DNA of 63,479 nt, the filler included, from Octopus bimaculoides (Eukaryota): the NCBI RefSeq assembly GCF_001194135.2. It is 5 parts of 5 records of this genome, joined end to end, with 100 filler letters (N's around TTAATTAATTAA, not from the genome) between each part and the next. Parts side by side here need not be neighbours in the genome. Positions count along the whole stretch, not along the records: positions 22,559 to 45,064 come from NC_068991.1; positions 45,165 to 51,878 come from NC_069009.1; 3 more parts are not named here. One strand, given 5' to 3'. Position numbers and translations under genes: made by a program. This document shows, piece by piece, positions 37,386-50,097 of this stretch. The notes under the pieces are model-generated. The model ran no database searches. It was not told where the DNA came from and saw nothing but the letters and a program-made list of their open reading frames with translations. Each line of letters starts with the position of its first letter. The stretch's first letter is position 1.

Positions 37386-40300
37386 TAGGTGAGAGAGAGA
37401 GAGAGAGATAGAGAGAGAGAGCAAAAAATGAGTTGTGAGAGTAGGAGGGAGATAGATAAGANNNNNNNNNNNNNNNNNNNNNNNNNNNNNNNNNNNNNNN
37501 NNNNNNNNNNNNNNNNNNNNNNNNNNNNNNNNNNNNNNNNNNNNNNNNNNNNNNNNNNNNNNNNNNNNNNNNNNNNNNNNNNNNNNNNNNNNNNNNNNNN
37601 NNNNNNNNNNNNNNNNNNNNNNNNNNNNNNNNNNNNNNNNNNNNNNNNNNNNNNNNNNNNNNNNNNNNNNNNNNNNNNNNNNNNNNNNNNNNNNNNNNNN
37701 NNNNNNNNNNNNNNNNNNNNNNNNNNNNNNNNNNNNNNNNNNNNNNNNNNNNNNNNNNNNNNNNNNNNNNNNNNNNNNNNNNNNNNNNNNNNNNNNNNNN
37801 NNNNNNNNNNNNNNNNNNNNNNNNNNNNNNNNNNNNNNNNNNNNNNNNNNNNNNNNNNNNNNNNNNNNNNNNNNNNNNNNNNNNNNNNNNNNNNNNNNNN
37901 NNNNNNNNNNNNNNNNNNNNNNNNNNNNNNNNNNNNNNNNNNNNNNNNNNNNNNNNNNNNNNNNNNNNNNNNNNNNNNNNNNNNNNNNNNNNNNNNNNNN
38001 NNNNNNNNNNNNNNNNNNNNNNNNNNNNNNNNNNNNNNNNNNNNNNNNNNNNNNNNNNNNNNNNNNNNNNNNNNNNNNNNNNNNNNNNATGTTGAATTAA
38101 CGACCATTCATTCATTATTGTAATAATAGCATGAGAAAGCAAAATGTTTTCAATTCTGTCAGTACACAAGTGGCCCTCAAACTTTCAGTGATTAAAGTGG
38201 CCTAGGTGAGAGAGAGAGAGAGAGATAGAGAGAGAGAGCAAAAAATGAGTTGTGAGAGTAGGAGGGAGATAGATAAGACAGACAGACAGACAAAGTAATT
38301 GCTTTTGTTTATAATTCAGTTAATTTTGAAAATAAAGAAGAATTTAGTAAAATAATCGTCATTGTTCAAGCTGATGTTTGGAACATAAATTAACAGGAAG
38401 TTTGTATCACAAGACCAAGGACCATGTCAGGTGGTTTGGTATAAAAAAGGGTTAAATACACTCAATCTCACATTTATTCTTTTCCCTTCTTCTCTCATAT
38501 ATAATGCATCACTCCTTTATTCAGTTCTTGTTGCTTAAATCACTCTGGATCCATACATCTATTCTTTTTCTCACCATCCAGTCACCTACTTTTGTCTCAA
38601 TCTCTCTCTCTCTTTCTCACTCTTTCTCTTTCTCTCACACACACACACACCTATAGGGTGTGAGGGAGGGAAGAAAATCATGACTCAACCAAATCACACA
38701 TACATATAGTGTGTGTGTGTGTGTGTGTTACAAAAAAAAAACTTGGTTATAATCCAGTTTTAACATTTAATAAAGGATTTCTTTCATATTTATTTCAATC
38801 ATACTATTTGGAACAATAAATAATCAGTCGACAGACCATGGTCATTTATTGTTCCACAGACCGCATCATATTATCTGGATGAAATGTCTGTAGTGGTGGC
38901 CATTGTTGTTTTTGTTCTTTTCTTTTTTCTTTTTTTAATAATAATATTAGATGAGAAACGTGAGAGCGAATCCATCACCAACGCCACCATGATTGTCTGT
39001 CTTCCTTTCCATGATTCTCATTTGTTATCAATGTTAATGGCACCTTAGAAAACACATTGGTCTCAACAGAACATAAGAAACTAATAACGAAAAATTGGAA
39101 AGTCCTTGACAAAGAAGTTGAAACTGCAACACACAGTTCTATTTGCAATAACTCTGGTTTACAAAAGGAAGCTACCCCCCCTCACCTCCCAAATATACAA
39201 TAATGATTATTATCATTGTTATTCAAAGTGGTGAGCTGGCAGAATCATTAGCACACTGGGCCAAATGCTTCGCGGTATTTCATCTGCCGTTACGTTCTGA
39301 GTTCATATTCTGCCGAGGTCGACTTTGCCTTTCATCCTTCCGGGGTCGATGAATTAAGTACCAGTTATGCACTGGGGTTGATGTAATCGACTTAATCCCT
39401 TTGTCTGTCCTTGTTTGTCCCCTCTGTGTTTAGCCCCTTGTGGGCAGTAAAGAAATAAGTATCTTACCAACAAACTGTCTGGGGGTCGTGCGCTTTCAAA
39501 GATGTATGAAATTGTAAAAAAAATTAGTCAAGGGTTGCCAATAGGAAGGACATCCAGTTGTAAAACATCACATGAACAATTCGTATTCATCTAACTCATA
39601 CTGGTATGGCAAAATAGATGTAAAACAAGAACAAATGAATGAATGCAATGGAAAATAGTTTACATAAAATCCGAACCCAATGATTTTACAATAAAATCAA
39701 CAGAGCTGCAAGTAAATCAAGATCAGATACAAGAAAAAGGACAGAATGCAAGTCAGTGTCCGTTCTTCAACCCAATCTCACGGAAGCATCTAGAATACAA
39801 AGTAAAGCTGGGAAACAATATCACTTCAACTGTTACCTACATAGTAAAGCACTTGAGTGGAACGGTCTTGTGTGCCTGCACTTGTAACAAAGGTCATTAG
39901 AGTATTTCTTGTATCTGGAGGAAGAAGACAGAGAAAGTGAGTGCATTCAGTGAGAGATAAAGAAAACGATGATGACAAAAAACAAAAACAAAAAAAAAGC
40001 AATATTATTAATTAACTCTTAAGATTTAATGTTGATTGTATTAGAAATTATGATCAACCACATCACCCCCACTATGTTCCATTCGCTGCCTTCATCTCTA
40101 ACCATCTGCCACTCTCTTCGCACATTAATGAACTTATTCACTCACCCATACCCATCCTTGGTCAATATTTTCTCATATATTCACCATTTTGTATCTTGAG
40201 TTTCTGTCACGAAACCCTCACCGCCATCTGTGTTTTCTTTCCAGTTACTCCCACCCACCCTTATATAATGCAGTCATGTATCTCCTCTGTATCAAGACTC

Positions 40301-41009
40301 CTGTGCCTGTCCCCCTCTTATAATTTAGTCGCTCATCACTTGATATAAAGCTATGTCCCTCTCTACTAGAGTAAAAGGTAAAGACCTGGTTCAGTCATGT
40401 ATGGCCATAGGATTGCACCTAGAAAGTTAGCCTCCGAGGTACAAGTCTGGGCAAGGTTACTTATGGAAGACCAGCAGTTACCCCCCATGCATACCAGCTT
40501 CTCCTCTCCATGCCACTAATGTTATCCAAGAGATAGCAATTCTATAGCTGAATGAACTGGAGCAACGTGAAATAAAGTGTCTTGTTCAAGAACACAACAC
40601 GCAGCCCGGTCCCGGAATCGAACTCACGTTTAGTGGCATCTTGTTTGTCTTTATGTTCTGAGTTCAAATTCCACCGAGGTTGACTTTGCCGTTTTGGAGT
40701 TGGTAAAATAAGTACTGAGTACGGGGGGNNNNNNNNNNGGGGGGGGTCTCAATGTAATCAATTTATCCCCTCCCTTGAAATTGCTGGCCTGGTGCCAAAA
40801 TTTGAAATGAATATTATTATTATTATCATTATTATTGATCCTGGAAAAATGAAAGGCAAAATCATCAGACAAGGTTTGAAACAAAGCCATAGATTATGTT
40901 TAATACAAAGATCAATTTAATCATCTGCCTGACCATGCTGAGCCTATCAATGATAAAGAGACGAGAGATAAAACAGGAATTTAAATTAGACTCAGCTTCA
41001 TCTTGTCTT

Positions 41010-41330
41010 CTCTGACCAACACTCTTGGTCACCTCATAAACAATAATTTCTACGAGAGTCTGATCTTGCAACTATGTCACTGACCAACAACAATCATAGT
41101 TTCTGCACAACAATAAATATTACTATACAATCCAGTGATGTGACTGTCTATCTCTGACCAACTAACCAATACTCTCAGTAACCTCACAACAACAATTATC
41201 ACTATACAGCCTGATCTTGTGACTCTGTCCTAGACCAACTGACCAACACTCTCAGTCTCCTCACAACAACATCTACTACTATACAGTTCAACCAGTCCTA
41301 ACCAGTTCCTCAGTATATCTCACACGAGCA
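41010..41330. repeat. Degenerate ~70-80-bp tandem repeat, about 4 units
   Basis: Recurring ctgaccaacactctcagt..cctcacaacaac..actatacag..tgatcttg. Confidence 0.7.
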
Positions 41331-44300
41331 ACAAGATATAAGATAGAGAAGGATTATTTGTTTGTAAGCAAGTGACCCTGCTTAGGAAGGTGTACTAATT
41401 GTTTATGCATTAAATAACAAACAGTATTTTATACATGAATTAATTTCTGAAGCGCACAACAAAAAATGACATCAAACATTTGGAGCACCAATACCCTTTT
41501 CTACTTTAGGCACAAGGCCTGAAATTTTGGGGGAGGGGGGCCAGTTGATTAGATCGCTCCCAGCACGCAACTGGTACTTAATTTATCGACCCCGAAAGGA
41601 TAAAAGGCAAAGTTGACCTTGGCGGAATTTGAACTCAGAATGTAAAGACAAATGAAATTTGGGGTACCAATATTACACAGAAATGGGCAAAAAGCTTGCT
41701 GACAGGACCTGGATCTTATCCAGCCCCAAATTATAGAATGACCACATTAATGATGACATAGAAAAGCACTTGCTGCACTTTTTCTTTTTAAATTACATAC
41801 NNNNNNNNNNNNNNNNNNNNNNNNNNNNNNNNNNNNNNNNNNNNNNNNNNNNNNNNNNNNNNNNNNNNNNNNNNNNNNNNNNNNNNNNNNNNNNNNNNNN
41901 NNNNNNNNNNNNNNNNNNNNNNNNNNNNNNNNNNNNNNNNNNNNNNNNNNNNNNNNNNNNNNNNNNNNNNNNNNNNNNNNNNNNNNNNNNNNNNNNNNNN
42001 NNNNNNNNNNNNNNNNNNNNNNNNNNNNNNNNNNNNNNNNNNNNNNNNNNNNNNNNNNNNNNNNNNNNNNNNNNNNNNNNNNNNNNNNNNGATTCCCAGA
42101 CCGGGCGTTGTGAGTGTTTATTGAGCGAAAACACCTAAAGCACCACGAGGCTCCAGCAGGGGATGGTGGCGAACCCTGCTGTACTCTTTCACCACAACTT
42201 TCTCTCACTCTTACTTCCTGTTTCTGTTGTGCCTGTAATTCAAAGGGTCAGCCTTGTCACACTGTGTCACGCTGAATATCCCCGAGAACTATGTAAAGGG
42301 TACATGTGTCTGTGGAGTGCTCGGCCACTTGCACGTTAATTTCACGAGCAGGCTGTTCCGTTGATCGGATCAACTGGAACCCTCGACGTCGTAAGCGACG
42401 GAGTGCCAACAACATTTATAGATATGATCTGTCTCCTCAGTTTACACTGACTGGAGCATCACTCATCATATTCTATATCATTACATACACACATACACAG
42501 AGTAAGCTATGGTGTCACAGACACTTTATTGTGCCTGTGACACCATAGTAATAGAAAAGATGTCCCATGTGTGAGAACTAAAGAGTAACTGCCTTCTTAG
42601 ACAAGTAGCCTGCAGTGTGGCATGTGGACGCCCATGTCCAGCTTGCATGTTGCATTATGTGCATGTGTGTAATTCATTTACATTCATTTTTCTATCCTAG
42701 CATGGGTTAGGTAAGTACATATCATTGTGCCATAGTTTTACAGCTGGATGCCTTTACTGTCATTAACCCTTTCCTCTTTATCAAAATAAAGGATTTTTAT
42801 TTTTACTCCATATATCTTCACAAAGCATAGATCTAACACACAATTTGTTGACAAGGAATTGTGAACAAAATTTGCTGTTTGTATCAACACTATTTTCTTT
42901 GCAAGAACAGAATAAAAATACACACACACACACACACACAAGCCCATTACAGCAATGTACCCCACCTTAATTCTAATGTTTACAATATGATATGACCATA
43001 TCAATAAAATTATAAATAAGTCTGTCAGTATAAAATTATAATAAACATTATAATTCATAATGTGAAACAGAAAAAAGTAACAGGACCACTTAGAGAACAT
43101 AAAGTTAGATAAATATATTACTGGAGTTGTGTCAAGGTTCCTACACGTTGCTCTTTTCTCTCTTATATCAGTATTTTATAATGTTACCATTAGAGCCTTC
43201 ACTAATCAGAGTTGATCTGATATCTTTAACCTTTAGCACACTGAGGGTGAATCATGTTGCTGGATGAGTTTTCTCCCCTGTAGCTACAGGCACACTGTGT
43301 TGCATTGGGAGGGGAGAAAGCTCATATGGCAACATGATTTGCCTTCAAAATGCTAAAGATTAACATAGGCACAGGCATGGTTGTGTGGTAAAAAGCTTGC
43401 TTCACAACCACATGGTTCCCAGGTTCAGCCCCACTGTGTGGCACCTTGGGCAAGTGCACACACACATGCACACACACACACAATGGGTTTCTTTCGGTTT
43501 CCATCTACCAAATCCACTCACATGGCTTTGATAGAAGACACTTGCCCAAGGTACCACACATTGGGACTGAACCTGAAACTATGTGGTTGGGAAACAAACC
43601 TCTTACCACACAACCATACCTGCATAATGGAATTGAAAAAAAAAAAACCCCCAAAAAACCCCACCCTTGGCATTAGCAAAACTTGAATTGGGGAGATGAA
43701 ATGAAATGAAACTGTACTGCAGTGACTCGTTATCGGCGTCTTACCTCTTGATCAACTGATGCTTGTATCATTGAAATCAATCAAAACATTAACGAAAGTA
43801 AATTGACTTCCTGATCCATTATTTCATCAAAAGAGCGAAAAAACAAAAAAGACAGGGAGAAGAGAGAGAGAGGGGGGGAGGGGACAATTTTTTTTATTTT
43901 TAAATATAAACAAAATCNNNNNNNNNNNNNNNNNNNNNNNNNNNNNNNNNNNNNNNNNNNNNNNNNNNNNNNNNNNNNNNNNNNNNNNNNNNNNNNNNNN
44001 NNNNNNNNNNNNNNNNNNNNNNNNNNNNNNNNNNNNNNNNNNNNNNNNNNNNNNNNNNNNNNNNNNNNNNNNNNNNNNNNNNNNNNNNNNNNNNNNNNNN
44101 NNNNNNNNNNNNNNNNNNNNNNNNNNNNNNNNNNNNNNNNNNNNNNNNNNNNNNNNNNNNNNNNNNNNNNNNNNNNNNNNNNNNNNNNNNNNNNNNNNNN
44201 NNNNNNNNNNNNNNNNNNNNNNNNNNNNNNNNNNNNNNNNNNNNNNNNNNNNNNNNNNNNNNNNNNNNNNNNNNNNNNNNNNNNNNNNNNNNNNNNNNNN

Positions 44301-45668
44301 NNNNNNNNNNNNNNNNNNNNNNNNNNNNNNNNNNNNNNNNNNNNNNNNNNNNNNNNNNNNNNNNNNNNNNNNNNNNNNNNNNNNNNNNNNNNNNNNNNNN
44401 NNNNNNNNNNNNNNNNNNNNNNNNNNNNNNNNNNNNNNNNNNNNNNNNNNNNNNNNNNNNNNNNNNNNNNNNNNNNNNNNNNNNNNNNNNNNNNNNNNNN
44501 NNNNNNNNNNNNNNNNNNNNNNNNNNNNNNNNNNNNNNNNNNNNNNNNNNNNNNNNNNNNNNNNNNNNNNNNNNNNNNNNNNNNNNNNNNNNNNNNNNNN
44601 NNNNNNNNNNNNNNNNNNNNNNNNNNNNNNNNNNNNNTTTTTTTTTTTTGCACTAAAATAAACACGACAACAATAAACACTAAAAACATTATCAACGTCA
44701 TCATCATCATCACCAACAGCAACAACAACAAGATCAAGATAAGCGTCGCCTTTTTCTTTTTTCTTTTCTTTTTTTTTTTTGCGAGTTATCGTTATGACTA
44801 TCAATTTAGTCTTTAGAGCCTTCGAGGTTTTTTACCAATTCCACAGTTCCACAGACCATGCATGAGTACTCCTCCCCTCATTCCCACATGACAGGATGGA
44901 TGGAATGAAGTAATAGATTTGGTTTTCTTTTTTTCTTTTACTTTTTGTTTCTTTGCTGTTGTATTTACTTTGTCATCAGTGAAAATTTGTCATGTGAATT
45001 TCATATTTTTATGTATATACATATATTGCATGCATATAAGTGTGTGTATATATGTGTAAGTGTGNNNNNNNNNNNNNNNNNNNNNNNNNNNNNNNNNNNN
45101 NNNNNNNNTTAATTAATTAANNNNNNNNNNNNNNNNNNNNNNNNNNNNNNNNNNNNNNNNNNNNTCCAGCATGGCCGCAGTCAAATGACTGAAACAAGTA
45201 AAAGAGTATAGATGCTCCACTTTAAACAGCAGTTCAACTACATCTACACATAATTAGTTTATCCAGTCAACAAAATGTTTTCACAATATTGAGGTATTGA
45301 GTTCTTACATCATCTATAGTTCATTTCTCATTATCATTTGTTTTTACTTTACTTTCTCCATTAAGACAATATTTATGATCATTATATTGAGAAAAACACA
45401 CATTATTGGTTAACATCAAGATTGATGATACTTAATGAGTAAATATTTACTTGTCAATCACGAATAACACAAAATATTCATTAAAAAACAAAGCAAAAAA
45501 TAAAAACATATCATCAAGTCAAATATACAAGGGAACAAATGTCACAATAATAAAACGCAACAAAGGAACAAGAACCTTTCTATACAAGTGGCTTGAGAAA
45601 GCCAACAGGCCATAGCAGGAGAAATACTAATGGGACAGTATTGTATATATAAATATAGCAATAAATAA

Positions 45669-46280
45669 CACAGGTCAACAAAATAAAACTTATTTGATGG
45701 CATAAAATCTTAGAGCTGTTTTAGGCTAATTTTAGGATACTGATTCCAAAACTGCTCTCAGATTTGCTCTATCACATCCAAAAGTTAACTCTTCACGACT
45801 ATTTGCAAGAATTTCGGCTGGATTGCCATGCTAATTTTGAAGAATATATTGAAGCAGAGTTTTGATTCAAAACCTTATCTCTTCTTTTCAAATGTGAACT
45901 GTACCACTGTGATCTTGTTATGACGACCACATCAAAAAGAAGGATGTGCTATAATGACACTGATATTTCTGTTAAATCTGTGGAAGTTTCACTCCACAGT
46001 CTCAAAGGTGCATCGTTAGTAACTTAGTCTAGAAGGTCTATCTTGCTTACTTTAAAGTAACACATCGAGACCAGGACAAAACCTGGGGCCTCCACAAAGT
46101 TTGAAAATCATTGTTGAAATTTGGTTTGATGAAGCAATTCACCAAAGCTCTTGACAACAGTGGAGACTGCTTCAAATATGTCTGTACAACCTTTCCGAGT
46201 TTCAGTGACGAGAGGGCAGGAATATTTGATGGACCTCAAATAAGAACACTCGTCAGAGATCCATATTTTTGCCTGAATAA
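45669..46280 (+). mobile_element. Internally deleted Chapaev3-like (CMC) DNA transposon relic
   Basis: The N-terminal Cys-rich segment MTTTSKRRMCYNDTDIFC*ICGSFT...KVYLAYF...DQDKTWGLHKV*K is joined directly to LKFGLMKQFTKALDNSGDCFKYVC..FP...AGIFDGPQIR. The putative left end begins CACAGGTCAACAAAAT. Family name is from recalled motif similarity. Confidence 0.65.
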
Positions 46281-46924
46281 TAGTCACACCTCTGTAGTGA
46301 CCTTTATTCCTATGAGAATCAAAGAGCTGCTAGAATTCTGCAACACTTAACAATAAATACCAACAGATCTACCAATGGATACACACTGCTACCTTTGTAT
46401 ATGTATATATAATTGTACATACAAAACATAAGTACAAGGAAACTCTCTAAGGACCTTGCTTCATTGTATCCATTCTCTGGTGTTCTAAGATACAACATTG
46501 TTATGACATTTCCACAGAACGTCAAAGCATATATATTGTATAAAAGAAGTGTGACAGAGGGGAGCTGTTTGAGTCAGTATTCTTCATTGAATGGACTGGA
46601 TGTATTTACCATGACGCCAGCACTATAAATGTTACCGTCCATCATGTCACGCAGACATCTTTTCTACCCTGAATCATTGTTATTAGGGAATATTATCTCC
46701 TCTCCTCAATAGGTCACTCCCCTTCATATTGTGATGAGTGTGTTTATATGGCCAACGTTCGAGATGGGTTACCTTCTCTACCATGGAGAGGCCATGGCTT
46801 TGAGAGTGAAAGGAAATGGGATATTGTTTGTTACATAATATAACTAGGGTAGACTGGATCATGAAATGGTAATGGAGAAGGTTGATTTGTGTGAATTGAT
46901 ACACGACATACAATGTCTGTCCGT

Positions 46925-46958
<34 letters not shown>

Positions 46959-47017
46959 AACGCACGCACGCACACACACGTACATTATATATATTCATAA
47001 AAAATTTCAAATCTTAC

Positions 47018-47227
47018 CTCATTCAAAATACTCAACGGTTCAACATCAGAATGAAATACCGTCTCCACAGCAAGGTGCAGACAATTATTGTCTTCATAGT
47101 TGACAGCATTTATGTCTGCACCTCTTACTATCAACTTGTGCATCATTCCAAGGTGACCCCTTGAGACGGCTTCAAGCAATGGTGTCATTTTATTACGGTT
47201 CTTAATATCCAATTGAACTGAAGAATC
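47018..47227 (-). CDS. Orphan ankyrin-repeat exon (DSSVQLDIKNRNKMTPLLEAVSRGHLGMMHKLIVRGADINAVNYEDNNCLHLAVETVFHSDVEPLSILNE)
   Basis: Two ankyrin-type motifs (TPLLEAVSRGH...L...GADIN; NNCLHLAV). Acceptor ttttacttccacaaag, donor GAG|gtaaga, 210 bp, phase 0 to 0, no stops. No partner exons found in this block. Confidence 0.8.
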
Positions 47228-47370
47228 CTTTGTGGAAGTAAAAATAGAAAATGAAAGCTTATACGCAAATCAGGGTGGATATTAATGAATCATTACTGTC
47301 ATCTACTGGGTACTTGACTAAATTTATCATGTACATATGATGTTTGTCAGTGAAATCAAACTTCCATGTA

Positions 47371-48300
47371 GAGGCGCAATGGCCCAGTGGTTAGGGCAGC
47401 GGACTCGCGGTCATAGGATCGCGGTTTCGATTCCCAGATCGGGCGTTGTGAGTGTTTATTGAGCGAAAACACCTAAAAGCTCCACGAGGTTCCGGCAGGG
47501 GATGGTGGCGAACCCTGCTGTACTCTTCCACCACAACTTCCTCTCACTCTTACTTCCTGTTTCTGTTGTGCCTGTAATTCAAAGGGTCAGCCTTGTTACA
47601 CTGTGTAACGCTGAATCTCGCTGAGAACTACGTTGAGGGAACAGTGTCTGTGGAGTACTCAGCCACTTGCATAGGATCGCGGTTTCGATTCCNNNNNNNN
47701 NNNNNNNNNNNNNNNNNNNNNNNNNNNNNNNNNNNNNNNNNNNNNNNNNNNNNNNNNNNNNNNNNNNNNNNNNNNNNNNNNNNNNNNNNNNNNNNNNNNN
47801 NNNNNNNNNNNNNNNNNNNNNNNNNNNNNNNNNNNNNNNNNNNNNNNNNNNNNNNNNNNNNNNNNNNNNNNNNNNNNNNNNNNNNNNNNNNNNNNNNNNN
47901 NNNNTCCATGTAGAGGCGCAATGGCCCAGTGGTTAGGGCAGCGGACTCGCGGTCATAGGATCGCGGTTTCGATTCCCAGATCGGGCGTTGTGAGTGTTTA
48001 TTGAGCGAAAACACCTAAAAGCTCCACGAGGTTCCGGCAGGGGATGGTGGCGAACCCTGCTGTACTCTTCCACCACAACTTTCTCTCACTTTTACTTCCT
48101 GTTTCTGTTGTGGCTATAATTCAAAGGGTCAGCCTTGTCACACTGTGTCACGCTGAATCTCGCCGAGAACTACATTGAGGGAACACGTGTCTGTGGAGTA
48201 CTCAGCCACTTGCACGTTAATTTCACGAGCGGGCTGTTCCGTTGATCGGATCAACTGGAACACTCGATGTCGTAAGCGACGAAGTGTCAACAACAACAAC
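47371..48300 (+). mobile_element. SINE family B insertion, represented twice around an N gap
   Basis: TSD caaacttccat at 47357-47367 and 48300-48310. Both copies begin with the same unique flank tccatgta|gaggcgc, so this is probably one insertion duplicated by the assembly. Confidence 0.8.
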
Positions 48301-48390
48301 AAACTTCCATAAGGTACCTCTGTAGCTTGGTCTGTGTATGCGTTAGAGGCATGATAAACCTATTACGATGTCATAAACAGATTGGTCAAT

Positions 48391-48477
<87 letters not shown>

Positions 48478-48539
48478 CATATGACGACCGCTCTATCTTG
48501 ACAGACGATAGCCATCCCATCAACATTCCACACATATCA

Positions 48540-48911
48540 TCACGCAGTACAATCACTTCGTTGGTGAGCCCTCAAGTGACTTTGAAGTCTGGCTGCTGAG
48601 CGACAAGGTCTACAGCACAGATGACAAATGTTCAAGCCTCTCGATCCTTGCTCGCTGGTATCTGATTCTAAGGAAACGCTTCTGTGAACCAGCATATGTC
48701 TCTTACGTCCGGGTATTGTTTTACAAACCTTGTGACATATGCCACAGGTCGCAGAAGGCGGTTGGTATTTAGGGTGTCTGAAATTTCTACCCTCATGTGT
48801 TTTCGTGTGATTCACATATCCTGCTTTTGACATAAGAACGTGATCACATACAGTACACATTCTATACTCTCCACTGATTCCAATTTTTCCCTTTCGACAG
48901 GCCCGCTTAAG
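48540..48911 (-). mobile_element. Three C2H2 zinc fingers at an ORF 3' end; probable RTE-type LINE C-terminus
   Basis: Frame is open from the gap edge: LKRACRKGKIGISGEYRMCTVCDHVLMSKAGYVNHTKTH...CGICHKVCKTIPGRKRHMLVH...CHLCCRPCRSAARLQSHLRAH. The last finger resembles the CxxCxRxCxSxxGLxSHxRxH tail of RTE ORFs. No TGEKP linkers. A short 3' segment then runs into (TA)n. Confidence 0.6.
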
Positions 48912-50052
48912 NNNNNNNNNNNNNNNNNNNNNNNNNNNNNNNNNNNNNNNNNNNNNNNNNNNNNNNNNNNNNNNNNNNNNNNNNNNNNNNNNNNNNNNNN
49001 NNNNNNNNNNNGAAAGGCAAAGCTGACCTCAGCGGAATTTGAACTCAGAACATAAAGACAGGCGAGATACCGCTAAGCATTTTGCCCGGCGTGCTAACGT
49101 TACTGCCGCCTTAAGAAATTATAAATCTAGCTTTATAAGACGCTATCGTACATTAAATTCAACTTACGTTTAAAGTCAACAAAGTTTGCTTCAAAAGCTT
49201 TGAGATGTATTGAAAGATACAGATGTCCGTCCTTGTATCGTCCATCTGTCCGTACGTTTTTATTGTCATCCTTTATGTTTCTGTTGCGTGTTTTAGATTT
49301 ATATATACATATAGCGGCATACGTGCACCTTTTTCTCAGCTTGTAAGTATATATCTAAATTCTGTACGACCTTCTTTCTTCTTTTCTTTTTCTCGCTCCT
49401 CCTCTCTCACTTTCTTTAATCTCTCTACTTTCCTCTGCTGTCTCCCTTGTACTTTTCCCTTTCTCTCTCACACTCTCCCTCGCTCTAGTTCCTTCCCTAA
49501 TTCTTCGATCCTTCTGCCCCCTACCTCTCTCTGTTCCTCCCACGTGACCGGTGCTTGACCAACCATGGTCTTTCTTTCTTGGCTTAACCACCTCTTGCAC
49601 AACACTTATTTTCCTGTCTCCTGACTCTCATCCAACGTTGTTGCCGCAAGGCTTCCACTTCATACGCCAGCTTAACTTAATTTGTTCTTTTAGTCGAAAG
49701 ACATCTGATGTTATTCTTGTTGTTTGTGTTTGTAATCGTGTAACATTTACCCCGTTTTCTCGTTTTTGTTTTTTGACCGTGTTGTTGCACATATTCGCCA
49801 GCTTTCTTCCAAAAATTTAATGCCCTTAGCTTAGATTTTTGGGGCCTACCCATTTTGAACCGTCTCAAGTGTAACGGGCCGAAACTGTAGTGATAACTGG
49901 AAGCTTGACTGATGAATAAAAATCCACGAATGTTCCATACTGGTTTTCCTGTCCATCCGTGCATCGTCCATCTGTCCGTATGTTTTCATTGTCGTCCGTT
50001 ACGTTCTTGTTCTGTTTTTTTCTTGGGATTTATATATGTGTGTGTATATATG

Positions 50053-50097
<45 letters not shown>

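Noticed and set aside
37272-38278. 190-bp direct repeat (37272-37461 = 38089-38278)
   Set aside because: The copies are identical and sit on either side of an N gap, typical of unmerged contig overlap.
47371-48300. Tandem SINE dimer
   Set aside because: Both copies carry the same unique 5' flank and share one TSD pair around a gap, so this is probably a single insertion or two haplotypes.
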